Part shown: positions 1-10,498 of the stretch, one piece after another | Layout: every line of letters starts with the position of its first letter | Numbering within the stretch: the stretch's first letter is position 1 | DNA from: Demequinaceae bacterium | Lineage (GTDB): Bacteria; Actinomycetota; Actinomycetes; Actinomycetales; Demequinaceae | DNA: 32,000 bases | Reading direction: 5' to 3' | Assembly (NCBI GenBank): GCA_965250005.1 | Contig: OZ252279.1 | Location: 1,860,001-1,892,000, forward strand | Program-made: the position numbers and the translations under genes | Notes under the pieces: model-generated | What the model saw: only the letters and a program-made list of their open reading frames with translations | Databases searched by the model: none | What the model was told of the DNA's origin: nothing

Positions 1-208
1 CATCGCTGAGGGAGCGAACGTCCGTGATGCGGTCGCGCGCGCCCTCGAGGAGCTGTTGGCATCGAACGGCTAGCGCCTCGCCTCGCTCCCAGAGCGTGAG
101 CGAATCCTCAAGGGTCACCTCGCCGGCTTCCAACTTGGCGACGATCACCACGAGTTCATCGCGGGCTTGTTCGTACGTGAGGTTCTCGATTTCGACGGGC
201 GTATTCAC
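1..208 (-). CDS. xseB: Exodeoxyribonuclease VII small subunit, C-terminus outside the window
   Basis: Manual translation of the minus strand from GTG at 208: MNTPVEIENLTYEQARDELVVIVAKLEAGEVTLEDSLTLWERGEALAVRCQQLLEGARDRITDVRSLSD, a typical XseB pattern. Not in the ORF track. Lies downstream of xseA on the same strand. Confidence 0.93.
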   Translation of the reverse strand, partial: MNTPVEIENLTYEQARDELVVIVAKLEAGEVTLEDSLTLWERGEALAVRCQQLLEGARDRITDVRSLSD

Positions 209-352
209 GCCATCACGCTACAACCTCGCGGCGCACTCTTGTGGAGAAATCCTGCCAGTGCCAACATTCTTGTGAAAAACCGCGTCATAAGAGCACAGGT
301 CACGCCTCTCATTACATATAGAGCTACATCAGTACACAATGGGGTGAACGAC

Positions 353-793
353 ATGTTTAGTGAAGAATACGGTCGCCAGACGGCCCTTGGAAGTGCGAAG
401 AAGGCCCTTGATCCGAACTTGACCGACGATGAACTCGCCGGAATGGCACGTTCGGACGAAGTGAAGATTCGTGCAGTTGTGGCCGAGCGGACGCAAACGC
501 CGCTCACGTCGCTTCTGCAACTCGCGAACGACCCGGCGCCTGCAGTCCGTGCCGGCGTTGCTCGTAATCCGCGAACGGACATCCCGATTGATGTCCGCGA
601 CAGCCTTGCCCAGGATAAGAATCCCGAGGTCCTCCATGCGCTCATCCGCTGTGAGGCTGTGCCCCCGGAGATTTTGTCGCGACTGGGACGGTCGTGGAAC
701 CGTGACGTCGCAGCGGCAGCGAAGGTGCGCGCGAAGAGCCTCAAAACAGTTCCCCCGCTCGCCGTCGGTTCGGTGGGGCTCGCCTCCAGCTGA
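353..793 (+). CDS. Leucine-rich repeat variant (LRV)/HEAT-like repeat protein, 146 aa
   Basis: ATG at 353 inside the 167..793 ORF. MFSEEYGRQTALGSAKKALDPNLTDDELAGMARSDEVKIRAVVAERTQTPLTSLLQLANDPAPAVRAGVARNPRT shows repeated helical units of LRV type. Confidence 0.7.
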   Translation: MFSEEYGRQTALGSAKKALDPNLTDDELAGMARSDEVKIRAVVAERTQTPLTSLLQLANDPAPAVRAGVARNPRTDIPIDVRDSLAQDKNPEVLHALIRCEAVPPEILSRLGRSWNRDVAAAAKVRAKSLKTVPPLAVGSVGLASS

Positions 794-832
794 GGGGGAG
801 GCGAGTTCGCCCGAACCGCCACATTCGACTTG

Positions 833-868
833 GAGCGGTCGGCGCTGTGAGGCGCCGGCCGCTCTTTT
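833..868 (+). terminator. Rho-independent terminator between convergent genes
   Basis: GAGCGGTCGGCGC-TGTGAG-GCGCCGGCCGCTC followed by TTTT: 13-bp stem with one G-U pair. Confidence 0.8.
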
Positions 869-2105
869 AGGTTGCCGGGCGCGCCTCGGTGACAGCCGCC
901 GCGGCCTCGCCTGCGGCGAAACGGATGGTGAGGGGATCGCCAGGAGTAAGCGTCCCGGCGTTCCTCACCACTTCTCCCGCCGGGGAGTGCACTACGGCGT
1001 ATCCCCGATCGAGCGTGGACTGTGGGGACAGCGCCCGCAGGCTCGCCTTCAACTCCGTGAGCCCTCCCTGGGCTCCGGAGAGAATGGCAACAAGGGCGCG
1101 TCCACTCGACTGAGCAACGCGGGCGAGTTCCTGCTTGTGCGGGTCGATGAGCATGTTCGGGTGGACCATTACTGGCCGTGTCAAGTAGGCGATGAGCGCT
1201 TCGGCTTCGCGATCGAGCCGGGATTCGATTGACGCTCGTATGCTCGCGAGCGCACCCGCCACTCCGCGCGCTTCTTGAGCGGCGTCGGGGACGATGCGCT
1301 TGCCTGCGTCGGTCGGCGTCGACGCGCGCAGGTCGGCGACCAGGTCGAACAACGGGTTGTCTTTCTCGTGGCCGATGGCGCTTACCAAAGGAGTGACACA
1401 GTTTGCCGCGACCCGGAGCAGGGCCTCGGCGCTAAACGGAAGAAGGTCTTCAAGAGAGCCACCGCCGCGCGCAACCACGATCACGTCAACGTCCGGGTGT
1501 GCGTCGAGTTCTCTTATCGCCGCGCTCGTCTCGGGGACGCAGTTGGCGCCCTGGACCGTGACCCGGCGGATCTCGAACTTCACAGACGGCCAGCGTTCGG
1601 TGGCGTTGACCAACACGTCATGTTCGGCGTCGCCCTGGTTTGCGCACACTAGGCCAACGAGCTTGGGGACGAACGGCAGCGGCACCTTGCGATCGTCAGC
1701 AAACAGTCCTTCCTTGGCGAGGGCCTCGCGCAGTTTCTCGATGCGCGCGAGCAGGTCCCCAATCCCCACGGCGCGCAGTTCGCGCGCGTTCAGTTGGAAA
1801 GACCCATTCTTGAGTCGCCATTCAGGCTTGGCGTGGAGAACCACCTGTGCGCCGTCCGCCAGTGGTTGGTCCAGAGCGTCAACTTCGCTCGCGGGAACCA
1901 CTGCGCTCAGCGACATCTCGGCCTCAGCGTCGCGCAGCGTGAGGAATACCAGTTGGCGCCAGCGCTTCACGTTGACAGCCTGCCCCTCGACCCACACGGG
2001 CGACATCTTGTCGACGTAGTCCTTGATCTTGGGGGAGAGGTGGCGAACGGGCCACGGGCGTTCGGGTGAGGTGTCCGATGCGGTCTCTGGCAGTGGCTGC
2101 GTCAC
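867..2105 (-). CDS. xseA: Exodeoxyribonuclease VII large subunit
   Basis: 412 aa with N-terminal OB-fold region (VWVEGQAVNVKR...VFLTLRD) and conserved VDVIVVARGGGSLEDLLPFSAEALLRVAANCVTPLVSAIGHEKDNPLFDLVADLRASTPTDAG. Confidence 0.96.
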   Translation of the reverse strand: MTQPLPETASDTSPERPWPVRHLSPKIKDYVDKMSPVWVEGQAVNVKRWRQLVFLTLRDAEAEMSLSAVVPASEVDALDQPLADGAQVVLHAKPEWRLKNGSFQLNARELRAVGIGDLLARIEKLREALAKEGLFADDRKVPLPFVPKLVGLVCANQGDAEHDVLVNATERWPSVKFEIRRVTVQGANCVPETSAAIRELDAHPDVDVIVVARGGGSLEDLLPFSAEALLRVAANCVTPLVSAIGHEKDNPLFDLVADLRASTPTDAGKRIVPDAAQEARGVAGALASIRASIESRLDREAEALIAYLTRPVMVHPNMLIDPHKQELARVAQSSGRALVAILSGAQGGLTELKASLRALSPQSTLDRGYAVVHSPAGEVVRNAGTLTPGDPLTIRFAAGEAAAAVTEARPAT

Positions 2106-2231
2106 GGCACCAGCGTGCCACGAGAGGCCTGGCTGTGCCTACTTCCGGGCAAGCGATGGCGCTGGTGACGGCACGCGCGCATATCGTGGAGGAGACTACG
2201 GACACCTGCGGGCAGACCAGTCGCAGCGGGC

Positions 2232-2258
2232 TTGATAGGTGCAGGCGCACCGTAGGAT
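2232..2258 (+). promoter_or_regulatory. Putative sigma70-type promoter for a leaderless ispH transcript (TTGATA-N15-TAGGAT, 6 nt before ATG)
   Basis: TAGGAT at 2253-2258, then TGACCC and ATG at 2265; no Shine-Dalgarno sequence. Confidence 0.5.
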
Positions 2259-2264
2259 TGACCC

Positions 2265-3248
2265 ATGCCTGCACTCCTCGACAAGCGAGTTCTTCTTGCT
2301 GCCCCTCGCGGGTACTGCGCCGGAGTAGACCGCGCGGTGATTGCGGTAGAGAAGGCTCTCGAAATCCATGGATCCCCAATCTATGTGCGCAAGGAAATCG
2401 TCCACAACAAGTACGTGGTCGAGACGTTGAGTGATCGAGGCGCGATCTTCGTCAACGAAACTGACGAGGTTCCCGAAGGAGCCCGCGTGGTGTTTTCTGC
2501 CCACGGCGTCTCGCCTGCGGTACGGGATGCTGCAGACGCGCGCAACCTCATCAGCATGGACGCCACCTGCCCGTTGGTGACCAAGGTTCATAAGGAGGCA
2601 GTCCGTTTTGCCAAGGCAAATCAGACCATCTTGCTGATTGGGCACGACGGCCATGAGGAGGTTGAAGGTACGGCGGGAGAAGCGCCGGAGCACACTATCG
2701 TCGTCAACTCTCCCGCCGAAGCCGACACCGTTGAGGTGCCCGATCCAGAGAACGTGGTGTGGCTGTCCCAGACCACGCTCAGCGTGGACGAGACCATGGA
2801 AACCGTGAGTCGCCTGCGGGCGCGCTTCCCCGCGCTCCAGGATCCGCCCAGCTCCGACATTTGCTACGCAACACAAAACCGCCAGGTGGCCGTCAAGAAG
2901 CTCGCTCCTGATTGCGAGCTGGTGATAGTCGTGGGCTCGGCGAACTCGTCCAACTCGGTGCGACTGGTTGAGGTCGCGCTTCAACACGGTGCTGACGCGT
3001 CATACCGGATCGATCGCGCCGTCGAGATGGAGAACGCCTGGTTTGAGGGCGTCACTTCGGTGGGCGTCACGTCCGGAGCATCAGTGCCCGAGATTCTTGT
3101 GCGGGACGTGCTCGATGATCTCGCGAAGCGCGGCTACGAAACCGTTGAAGAGGTGCGCACGGCGACCGAGGACCTGATGTTCTCGCTTCCCCACGAGATC
3201 CGCGCAGACCTCAAGGCCAAAGAGGCCGAGAATGCGATGAAGGCATGA
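2265..3248 (+). CDS. ispH: 4-hydroxy-3-methylbut-2-enyl diphosphate reductase
   Basis: 327 aa; [60 protein letters not shown] are IspH/LytB hallmarks. Confidence 0.98.
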   Translation: MPALLDKRVLLAAPRGYCAGVDRAVIAVEKALEIHGSPIYVRKEIVHNKYVVETLSDRGAIFVNETDEVPEGARVVFSAHGVSPAVRDAADARNLISMDATCPLVTKVHKEAVRFAKANQTILLIGHDGHEEVEGTAGEAPEHTIVVNSPAEADTVEVPDPENVVWLSQTTLSVDETMETVSRLRARFPALQDPPSSDICYATQNRQVAVKKLAPDCELVIVVGSANSSNSVRLVEVALQHGADASYRIDRAVEMENAWFEGVTSVGVTSGASVPEILVRDVLDDLAKRGYETVEEVRTATEDLMFSLPHEIRADLKAKEAENAMKA

Positions 3249-3424
3249 CCGGGCTGGAGGAGTTTTTTCACCCGGAGGCTGCGGACGCGCGCCGTGAGCT
3301 TGACGCACAGAAGGAATTGCTCGCCCCAGTTGCTGTACCCGGCGACCCGATTCTCACCGCAGACGGCATGGAAATCGTGATTCCCGATTTGAGCGACGTG
3401 CCGGTCGACCCGACGGACGATTAG
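3245..3424 (+). CDS. Small hypothetical protein, 59 aa, translationally coupled to ispH
   Basis: ATG overlaps the ispH stop (ATGA). [58 protein letters not shown]. Below the track size limit. Confidence 0.5.
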   Translation: MTGLEEFFHPEAADARRELDAQKELLAPVAVPGDPILTADGMEIVIPDLSDVPVDPTDD

Positions 3425-3437
3425 TCCGTGCGAACAA

Positions 3438-4700
3438 CTAGTCCTTCGACTTCTCGATCTTCTTGACTTCGCGGACCTGCAGGTCCAGCGTCTCGGGCGC
3501 CTCGATCGCGTTGTCCACAACCTTGAGTTCGGCGAGGCGCCGCGAGCCGGGCAGCACGCTCTTCTCGTAGGAGCCGACGACGCCGTCGTAGGCCTTGCCC
3601 GCGGTGTCGAGCGCGCGTCCCAACTTCTGGAAGTGCTCGCCCATGGTGAGCAGGCGTTTGTGCAGTTCTTGGCCGGCGCTGAGCACGGACTGAGCGTTGT
3701 CGGCCAGCGCCGCCTCTTTCCACGCGTGCGCGACCGTTCGCAGCATCGCCACGAGCGTGGTGGGCGTGGCAATCACGACGTTCTTGGTGAACGCGTACTC
3801 CTGGAGCGCGGGGTCCTGTTCAAGCGCGGCCTGGTAGAACGCCTCGGACGGAACGAACATCACGACGAATTCCGGCGAGGGCGAGAACTGGTCCCAGTAC
3901 TTTTTGGAGGCGAGGTCGTCCACGTGCTTCTTGACGTGCCGGGCGTGCGCGAGCAGGCGCTCGGCACGCACCTTCTCATCCTCCGTCTCGAACGCCTCGA
4001 TGAGAGCGGCGAGCGCGACCTTGGAGTCGACGACGACGCTCTTGCCGCCAGCCAGGTTCACCACCATGTCGGGCCGCAGGTTGTTTCCCTCGCCATCCTT
4101 CACGTTTTCTTGTTCGGTGAAGTCCACGTTGTTCACCATGCCTGCGAGCTCGACCACGCGGCGCAGCTGGACCTCTCCCCAGTTGCCGCGCACATCGGAG
4201 CGGCGCAGAGTGTTGATGAAGTCCGTAGTGCTCTTGTCGAGCTTTTGGGACGCCGAGATCATGTGCGTTACTTGTTCGCGGAGCGCGGCCTGTCCCTCGG
4301 CCCGCATTTTGTCTGCCTCGCCGGTCTGTTTCTTCACCTCGTCGAGCGCCTTCGCCATGGGCTCGACCATTTTCTTCACGGACTCCTCGCGCTTGGCTAG
4401 CTCGGCGTCTTGGTGCTGCGCCGTGCGCTTGAAGCGCTCGTCCGCCATCTGGAGGAACTGTTCGGAGTTCTTGGCGAGCACGTCAGCGCTGAGCGCCTTG
4501 AACTGCGAGGACATCTGCGCGTACTGCTCTTTGAGATCGCCAATGCGGCGGTCGGCCTCTTCGCGAACCCGCGCTTCGCGTTCGTCGGCGCGCTTGTTGG
4601 CGACGGTCTCGGTGCGCGCTGAGGACCGCGCGACGGCGATGGAGTATGCGACGACGGCGCCCAGGGCAATGCCACTGAGAGCAAACAAGAGTTCAGTCAT
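3438..4700 (-). CDS. rmuC: DNA recombination protein RmuC
   Basis: 420 aa; N-terminal TM segment, coiled coil, then RGNWGEVQLRRVVELAGM...DMVVNLAGGKSVVVDSKVAL...SPEFVVMFVPSEAFYQAAL and TPTTLVAMLRTVAHAW. Confidence 0.95.
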   Translation of the reverse strand: MTELLFALSGIALGAVVAYSIAVARSSARTETVANKRADEREARVREEADRRIGDLKEQYAQMSSQFKALSADVLAKNSEQFLQMADERFKRTAQHQDAELAKREESVKKMVEPMAKALDEVKKQTGEADKMRAEGQAALREQVTHMISASQKLDKSTTDFINTLRRSDVRGNWGEVQLRRVVELAGMVNNVDFTEQENVKDGEGNNLRPDMVVNLAGGKSVVVDSKVALAALIEAFETEDEKVRAERLLAHARHVKKHVDDLASKKYWDQFSPSPEFVVMFVPSEAFYQAALEQDPALQEYAFTKNVVIATPTTLVAMLRTVAHAWKEAALADNAQSVLSAGQELHKRLLTMGEHFQKLGRALDTAGKAYDGVVGSYEKSVLPGSRRLAELKVVDNAIEAPETLDLQVREVKKIEKSKD

Positions 4701-4769
4701 GCGACAACTCTGTCACGCGCGTGCGACAGGGGAGCGGGTACGCGCCGATCTGTGTGTTGCGCGCGGGAT

Positions 4770-5306
4770 CTACGTGGCGAGCAGTTTCTTGAGCGTCGCA
4801 ATCGCGCGCACCGAGTAGTGAGCCTTGAACCGCGCCACATCGAGAGTCTTTTGGATCTTGCCCGCCGTGGTCCGGCCCTTGAAGGCCCAGTAGTACAGCC
4901 CGAGCGGAGCGGTTGCGAGCGCCTCGGCGGCTGGCTTCACCTCGGTGGTCTCCAAGATTTCTCGCGCTATCGCGGTGTCGTCCATGAGGATCGCGTAGTG
5001 CTGGCGCTCCGCGTCCGTTGGATCCCATGGGTACGCGTCCACCATCGCGCGCACGTCGTCGGCCTCAAAGCACAGCACAATGGTGTCGATCGAAAACTCG
5101 GTTTGCAGCACGATCTCAATGGCGGCGCGAGCGCGGGCTAAGGTCAGCGCAGTCGTCACGGACACGTTCCCGGACGCGAGCACCGTTGCGACGTCCGCGA
5201 ACCCCGTTCGCTCGAGTGCGCCCCTCAAGTCCGCCATCGCCACTAGGTTGTTCCCGCCAACGTTGATTCCCCGGGGAAACGCGAACACACGCCGGGCGTC
5301 AGTCAC
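4770..5306 (-). CDS. DUF1697 domain-containing protein
   Basis: 178 aa; VFAFPRGINVGGNNLVAMADLRGALERTGFADVATVLASGNVSVTTA...YYWAFKGRTTAGKIQKTLDVARFKAHYSVRAIATLKKL matches the DUF1697 pattern. Confidence 0.85.
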   Translation of the reverse strand: MTDARRVFAFPRGINVGGNNLVAMADLRGALERTGFADVATVLASGNVSVTTALTLARARAAIEIVLQTEFSIDTIVLCFEADDVRAMVDAYPWDPTDAERQHYAILMDDTAIAREILETTEVKPAAEALATAPLGLYYWAFKGRTTAGKIQKTLDVARFKAHYSVRAIATLKKLLAT

Positions 5307-5359
5307 GTGACTATCCTAATATGGAACCGAGGCTAGTGACAGGCGCCGACGCTTCGCGG

Positions 5360-5857
5360 CTACTCGCCCCAGGGCTCTGCTACGCCAACCCCCACGATGG
5401 CCTCGCCGTCTACGGAGAACTCGGCGTGATCGTGAGCGGCGAGATAGACCTCGAAAGTCGAGTCGAGGGTCCCGGCGGTGATGTGTGCGTCCGGCCCGTA
5501 GAAGCGGCCAATCTTCACACCGTCGACGTATATGTGCGCATGGCCTTCGCCTGCGACGCGGTCGCCGTTGACCAAATCCGGCGCCCACACGAAGTTCGTG
5601 GTCTCAATGTGCACGTTGAAGCCGGACGCCGCGTCCTGAATCACGGAGAATTCGACGGTGGGAACTCCGGCCGCGGGGACGTCAAAGAGCGTGTGTTCGG
5701 TCACCACGTTCGGCTCGGGCTCGGGTGGCGCGACCGTTACGGTCACGGCAGGTGTAGGTTCTGCGACGGCGGCTGCGCCGGTGAACGACCCAGTTAGTGC
5801 CGCGGCGCTCGCGGCAATGATGGCGAGCGCGACGCTCACAGCGAGTGCGGCTTTCAT
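5360..5857 (-). CDS. Secreted or membrane-anchored protein of unknown function, 165 aa
   Basis: Signal-like N-terminus MKAALAVSVALAIIAASAAALTGS; core ...FVWAPDLVNGDRVAGEGHAHIYVDGVKIGRFYGPDAHI. RBS GAGG upstream. Confidence 0.75.
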   Translation of the reverse strand: MKAALAVSVALAIIAASAAALTGSFTGAAAVAEPTPAVTVTVAPPEPEPNVVTEHTLFDVPAAGVPTVEFSVIQDAASGFNVHIETTNFVWAPDLVNGDRVAGEGHAHIYVDGVKIGRFYGPDAHITAGTLDSTFEVYLAAHDHAEFSVDGEAIVGVGVAEPWGE

Positions 5858-5966
5858 GGTGGTGCTCCTCTGAACGGTGTGTGTACGTGTAACTGCACAC
5901 TTCTGACATTAGGTCCTTTCTCCTGATCGGGCGAAGTGCCTCGCGCGCGCCAGTAGACTTTCGCGC

Positions 5967-7052
5967 GTGGCCCTAACTATCGGAATCGTCGGACTACCCA
6001 ATGTTGGTAAGTCCACCTTGTTCAATGCGCTGACGCGCGCGGAGGTGCTCGCGGCGAACTATCCGTTCGCGACTATTGAGCCCAACATCGGTGTGGTTCC
6101 GCTGCCGGATGCCCGCCTAGGCAAGCTCGCCCAGGTCTTCGGGTCAGCGCGCGAGCTTCCGGCCACGGTCTCGTTCGTCGACATCGCAGGCATCGTCAAG
6201 GGCGCGTCCGAGGGCGAGGGGCTGGGCAATGCGTTCCTCGCCAATATTCGCGAAGCCGACGCCATCTGCCAGGTGACGCGAGCGTTCGAGGACCCGGATG
6301 TGACACATGTGGACGGCAAGGTGGACGCGGCGTCGGACATGGAGACCATCTCCACTGAGTTGGGTCTCGCAGACCTGCAGACGCTTGAGAAGGTCATCGC
6401 GCGAGTGGAAAAGGAGGTGCGCATCAAGAAGGCTGAGCCTGGCTACCTGGACGCGTGCGTCAAGGCCAAGGCGATTCTTGAGAGCGGGCAGACTCTCTCC
6501 GCAGGTGCTTCTGCCGCCAAGTTAGACCTCGACGACATCCGCGACCTCTCCCTTCTTACGGCCAAGCCATTCATCTACGTCTTCAATACGGACGACGCGG
6601 GCCTTGCCGACGATGAGGCCAAGGCGGGCCTCGCCGCGCAGGTCGCGCCGTCTGAGGCGATCTTCTTGGACGCCAAGTTTGAGTCGGAGCTGGTTGACCT
6701 GACACCGGACGAGGCCGCTGAGATGCTTGCTGAAAGCGGCCAGGCAGAGTCAGGTCTCGATCAGCTCGCGCGCGTCGGTTTTGAGACGCTGGGCCTGCAG
6801 GCCTACCTGACCGCAGGCCCCAAGGAAGCGCGAGCATGGACCATCCATAAGGGATGGACCGCGCCTCAGGCAGCGGGAGTCATTCACACTGACTTCGAGA
6901 AGGGCTTCATTAAGGCCGAGGTGGTCTCGTTCGATGACCTCATGACTGCGGGCACCATGGCCGAAGCGAAGGCCGCGGGCAAAGTCCGCATGGAGGGCAA
7001 GGACTACGTGATGGCCGACGGCGACGTAGTGGAGTTCCGCTTCAACAACTAG
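5967..7052 (+). CDS. ychF: Ribosome-binding GTPase YchF (Obg family)
   Basis: 361 aa; GTG start; LTIGIVGLPNVGKSTLFNALTRA...NYPFATIEPNIGVVPLPD...FVDIAGIVKGASEGEGLGNAFLANIREADAI; C-terminal TGS domain GPKEARAWTIHKGWTAPQAAGVIHTDFEKGFIKAEV. Confidence 0.98.
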   Translation: MALTIGIVGLPNVGKSTLFNALTRAEVLAANYPFATIEPNIGVVPLPDARLGKLAQVFGSARELPATVSFVDIAGIVKGASEGEGLGNAFLANIREADAICQVTRAFEDPDVTHVDGKVDAASDMETISTELGLADLQTLEKVIARVEKEVRIKKAEPGYLDACVKAKAILESGQTLSAGASAAKLDLDDIRDLSLLTAKPFIYVFNTDDAGLADDEAKAGLAAQVAPSEAIFLDAKFESELVDLTPDEAAEMLAESGQAESGLDQLARVGFETLGLQAYLTAGPKEARAWTIHKGWTAPQAAGVIHTDFEKGFIKAEVVSFDDLMTAGTMAEAKAAGKVRMEGKDYVMADGDVVEFRFNN

Positions 7053-7196
7053 AACTTCGTCCAAGTTTGCTCCTCAGAGACGGGGGAGATGAGGACGAAC
7101 GAGACTCCATAGCATGTTTTCTAGCCCTTTTGCAGGACCTTAGTCCCTTTTTGGTTGCGAGAAACGAGAACTGGGCGTACTTTTGTGTTAGGAGCG

Positions 7197-7212
7197 TGTG
7201 ACGTTCGTCACA
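7197..7212. promoter_or_regulatory. Putative CRP/GlxR-type operator 1
   Basis: TGTGACGTTCGTCACA, a perfect TGTGA-N6-TCACA. Confidence 0.6.
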
Positions 7213-7219
7213 GGTTTCG

Positions 7220-7235
7220 TGTGATTCACGTCACA
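7220..7235. promoter_or_regulatory. Putative CRP/GlxR-type operator 2
   Basis: TGTGATTCACGTCACA, a second perfect TGTGA-N6-TCACA, offset 23 bp from the first. Confidence 0.6.
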
Positions 7236-7306
7236 CTGCGTGGCCCGCATTTCGCCTTATACGTAGCGAAGGCCACAAAATAACTGGCACGAGGGAGATT
7301 TTCGAT

Positions 7307-8302
7307 ATGACTACTATTCGGGAATATCTTACGAGGGCGAACATCATGGCCCTCGTCGGCATGGTCGCGTTGGCAGTTGTGGCCGTCATGGCCGCCGCCC
7401 CATCGGCATCGGCCACAAGTAGCAGCAACAAGAATGGGACTGAGTACTGGCTCGCTGAGTACCCGGACGCACTGTACTGCTACAAGTACGACCCACCCGA
7501 GACCAGCACAAGCCATGGAGTCCTGTCGAACGGTGGCCTCTCGGTGACGCTCAGCACGTATGGCTCGAGTTGGCCTGGTGACCACTGGGAAGTTCTCATC
7601 GTCAAGGGCGGCAATTCCGGCCTCACAGGTGACGGTAACGCGGTCTACGAGCACCCATCTTCGGGAGTCGCCTACTATCCGCCGCTGAACTCGGGCGGTA
7701 GCGAGCCACTAGTGTCGCACTGGATCGTCTGTAAGGGTGAATACCCGACGCCAACTCCGACGCCAAGTTCGACGCCAACTCCGACGCCAAGTTCGACGCC
7801 AACTCCGACGCCGACGCCTACACCGACGCCTACACCGACGCCTACGCCGACGCCTACACCGACGCCTACACCGACGCCAACTCCGACGCCTACGCCTACG
7901 CCGACGCCTACGCCAACTCCGACGCCTACGCCAACTCCGACGCCGACGCCTACACCGACGCCAAGTTCGACGCCGACGCCGACGCCTACGCCTACGCCGA
8001 CGCCTACGCCTACGCCTACGCCTACGCCTACACCGACGCCTACACCGACGCCAAGTTCGACGCCGACGCCTACGCCGACGCCTACACCGACGCCAAGTTC
8101 GACGCCGACGCCTACGCCTACGCCGACGCCTACGCCGACTGAGACGATCGTTCTTGAAACGTTCGAATCGCCGACGGAAAGCATCCTCGCCGAAACTGGC
8201 GCAAGCGAAGACTGGTCGCGTACGGCTGGACTTGCTATCACGTTGCTTCTTGCTGGACTAGTCCTCATGTGGGCGCGTCCTGCGAACGAGCAGCAGCTGT
8301 AA
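7307..8302 (+). CDS. Secreted cell-wall-anchored protein with Pro-Thr repeat linker and LAETG sortase motif
   Basis: 331 aa; signal sequence [21 protein letters not shown], ~130-residue (PT)n/SSTPT linker, C-terminus [39 protein letters not shown]. Confidence 0.88.
   Translation: MTTIREYLTRANIMALVGMVALAVVAVMAAAPSASATSSSNKNGTEYWLAEYPDALYCYKYDPPETSTSHGVLSNGGLSVTLSTYGSSWPGDHWEVLIVKGGNSGLTGDGNAVYEHPSSGVAYYPPLNSGGSEPLVSHWIVCKGEYPTPTPTPSSTPTPTPSSTPTPTPTPTPTPTPTPTPTPTPTPTPTPTPTPTPTPTPTPTPTPTPTPTPTPTPTPSSTPTPTPTPTPTPTPTPTPTPTPTPTPTPSSTPTPTPTPTPTPSSTPTPTPTPTPTPTETIVLETFESPTESILAETGASEDWSRTAGLAITLLLAGLVLMWARPANEQQL
7744..8142 (+). repeat. Short-unit tandem repeat (CCGACG/CCAACT/CCTACR hexamers) encoding a Pro-Thr linker
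   Basis: Iterated CCGACGCCAACT, CCTACACCGACG and CCAAGTTCGACG units read directly from the sequence. Confidence 0.95.
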
Positions 8303-8338
8303 CCGCACAGGTCACATAGAATTCTAGGGAGACGAGCC

Positions 8339-8839
8339 ATGATGTGGAACGGTCTGACAACGCCGGACGGCGGGGCGCGACGCGCCTCGCTGGCCGGGTT
8401 CGGAGCGCTAGCCCTTTCGGCGGCGCTTGCGGTAGTGGTCTCTTCGGGACCCGCCGCAGCTGATACCACAACCTCCGTTGCGAACCTCTCGGTGAGTGCG
8501 TCGGCCTCCATGGCTGACGCACTCCCCGGAGAGTCGCTCATTGTCGCCTTCGACGTGACGAACGACGGAAGTCAGGACGCGGATGGCGTGGCGATCTTTG
8601 CCGCCCTTGACGCGGGCTTGAGTCTCACGAATGCCGGCGCAGTGCCGGTGTCCGTGGATATCTCTGCAGGATCCTCGGTGACTCTCAGTTTCGAACTTGC
8701 CGTTGACCATGTTCTTGATACGGATGTTTCGGAACTGACGGTGGACGTGAGTACGTCCACGGGAGCGTCGGCAACCGTGACAGTTGAGGTCCTCACCCAG
8801 GAACTCGTGTCAATCGTCGGCGAAGAGCCGGCACCCTAG
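8339..8839 (+). CDS. Secreted protein with DUF11/CARDB-like domain
   Basis: 166 aa; signal peptide ...LAGFGALALSAALAVVVSSGPAAA, then SLIVAFDVTNDGSQDADGVAIFAALDAGLSLTNAG..VSVDISAGSSVTLSFELAV. Confidence 0.75.
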   Translation: MMWNGLTTPDGGARRASLAGFGALALSAALAVVVSSGPAAADTTTSVANLSVSASASMADALPGESLIVAFDVTNDGSQDADGVAIFAALDAGLSLTNAGAVPVSVDISAGSSVTLSFELAVDHVLDTDVSELTVDVSTSTGASATVTVEVLTQELVSIVGEEPAP

Positions 8840-8892
8840 GTTCGTCGTTTGCGAACCTTCATGAATTCGCCGATCTCCCTCGGCGATGCGGG

Positions 8893-8923
8893 GGCTCGGG
8901 TGGCGCAAGCCGCCCGAGCCTTT
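8893..8923 (+). terminator. Strong intrinsic terminator with GCAA tetraloop
   Basis: GGCTCGGGTGGC-GCAA-GCCGCCCGAGCC-TTT: 12-bp stem with one wobble pair. Confidence 0.75.
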
Positions 8924-9015
8924 CCCCCAGGGCAGGTGCGGGGAACACTGTGGAGTGGTAAGGCGTGCGGCAGCAAATGCGGCGGGCACCGGAATCGATG
9001 TGCTGTGGAGAAGCG

Positions 9016-10277
<1,262 letters not shown>

Positions 10278-10309
10278 CAGGAAACGCGTGCGATCCCGCG
10301 AGGGATAGA

Positions 10310-10358
10310 AGAACCAGGAGGGGGCCCGGACCGGATTGACGGTCGGGGTCCCTGTTCT
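10310..10358 (+). terminator. Long imperfect hairpin downstream of the second surface protein gene, probable terminator
   Basis: AGAACCAGG...GACCG-GATTGA-CGGTC...CCTGTTCT arms pair over ~20 bp; a second small hairpin AGGGC...GCCCT follows. Confidence 0.5.
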
Positions 10359-10498
10359 TCTGTTCAGAGGGCCCAACGGGAGCCCTTAGGCAAGCCTGAC
10401 GGCGCTATTACGATCCTGGGTAGGCTCACCGGGGTACACTAGGGCGGCCGACTCGCAGACGACCGGCTCCCCCTCATCATTCACGAAGCGAGATTCCT

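Noticed and set aside
2-73. Plus-strand open frame ending in TAG at 73 (IAEGANVRDAVARALEELLASNG)
   Set aside because: It is antisense to the convincing XseB translation on the minus strand.
7675-8541. Antisense ORF encoding (GV)n
   Set aside because: Artefact of the GC-rich hexamer repeat read on the other strand; flanks are antisense to the surface protein.
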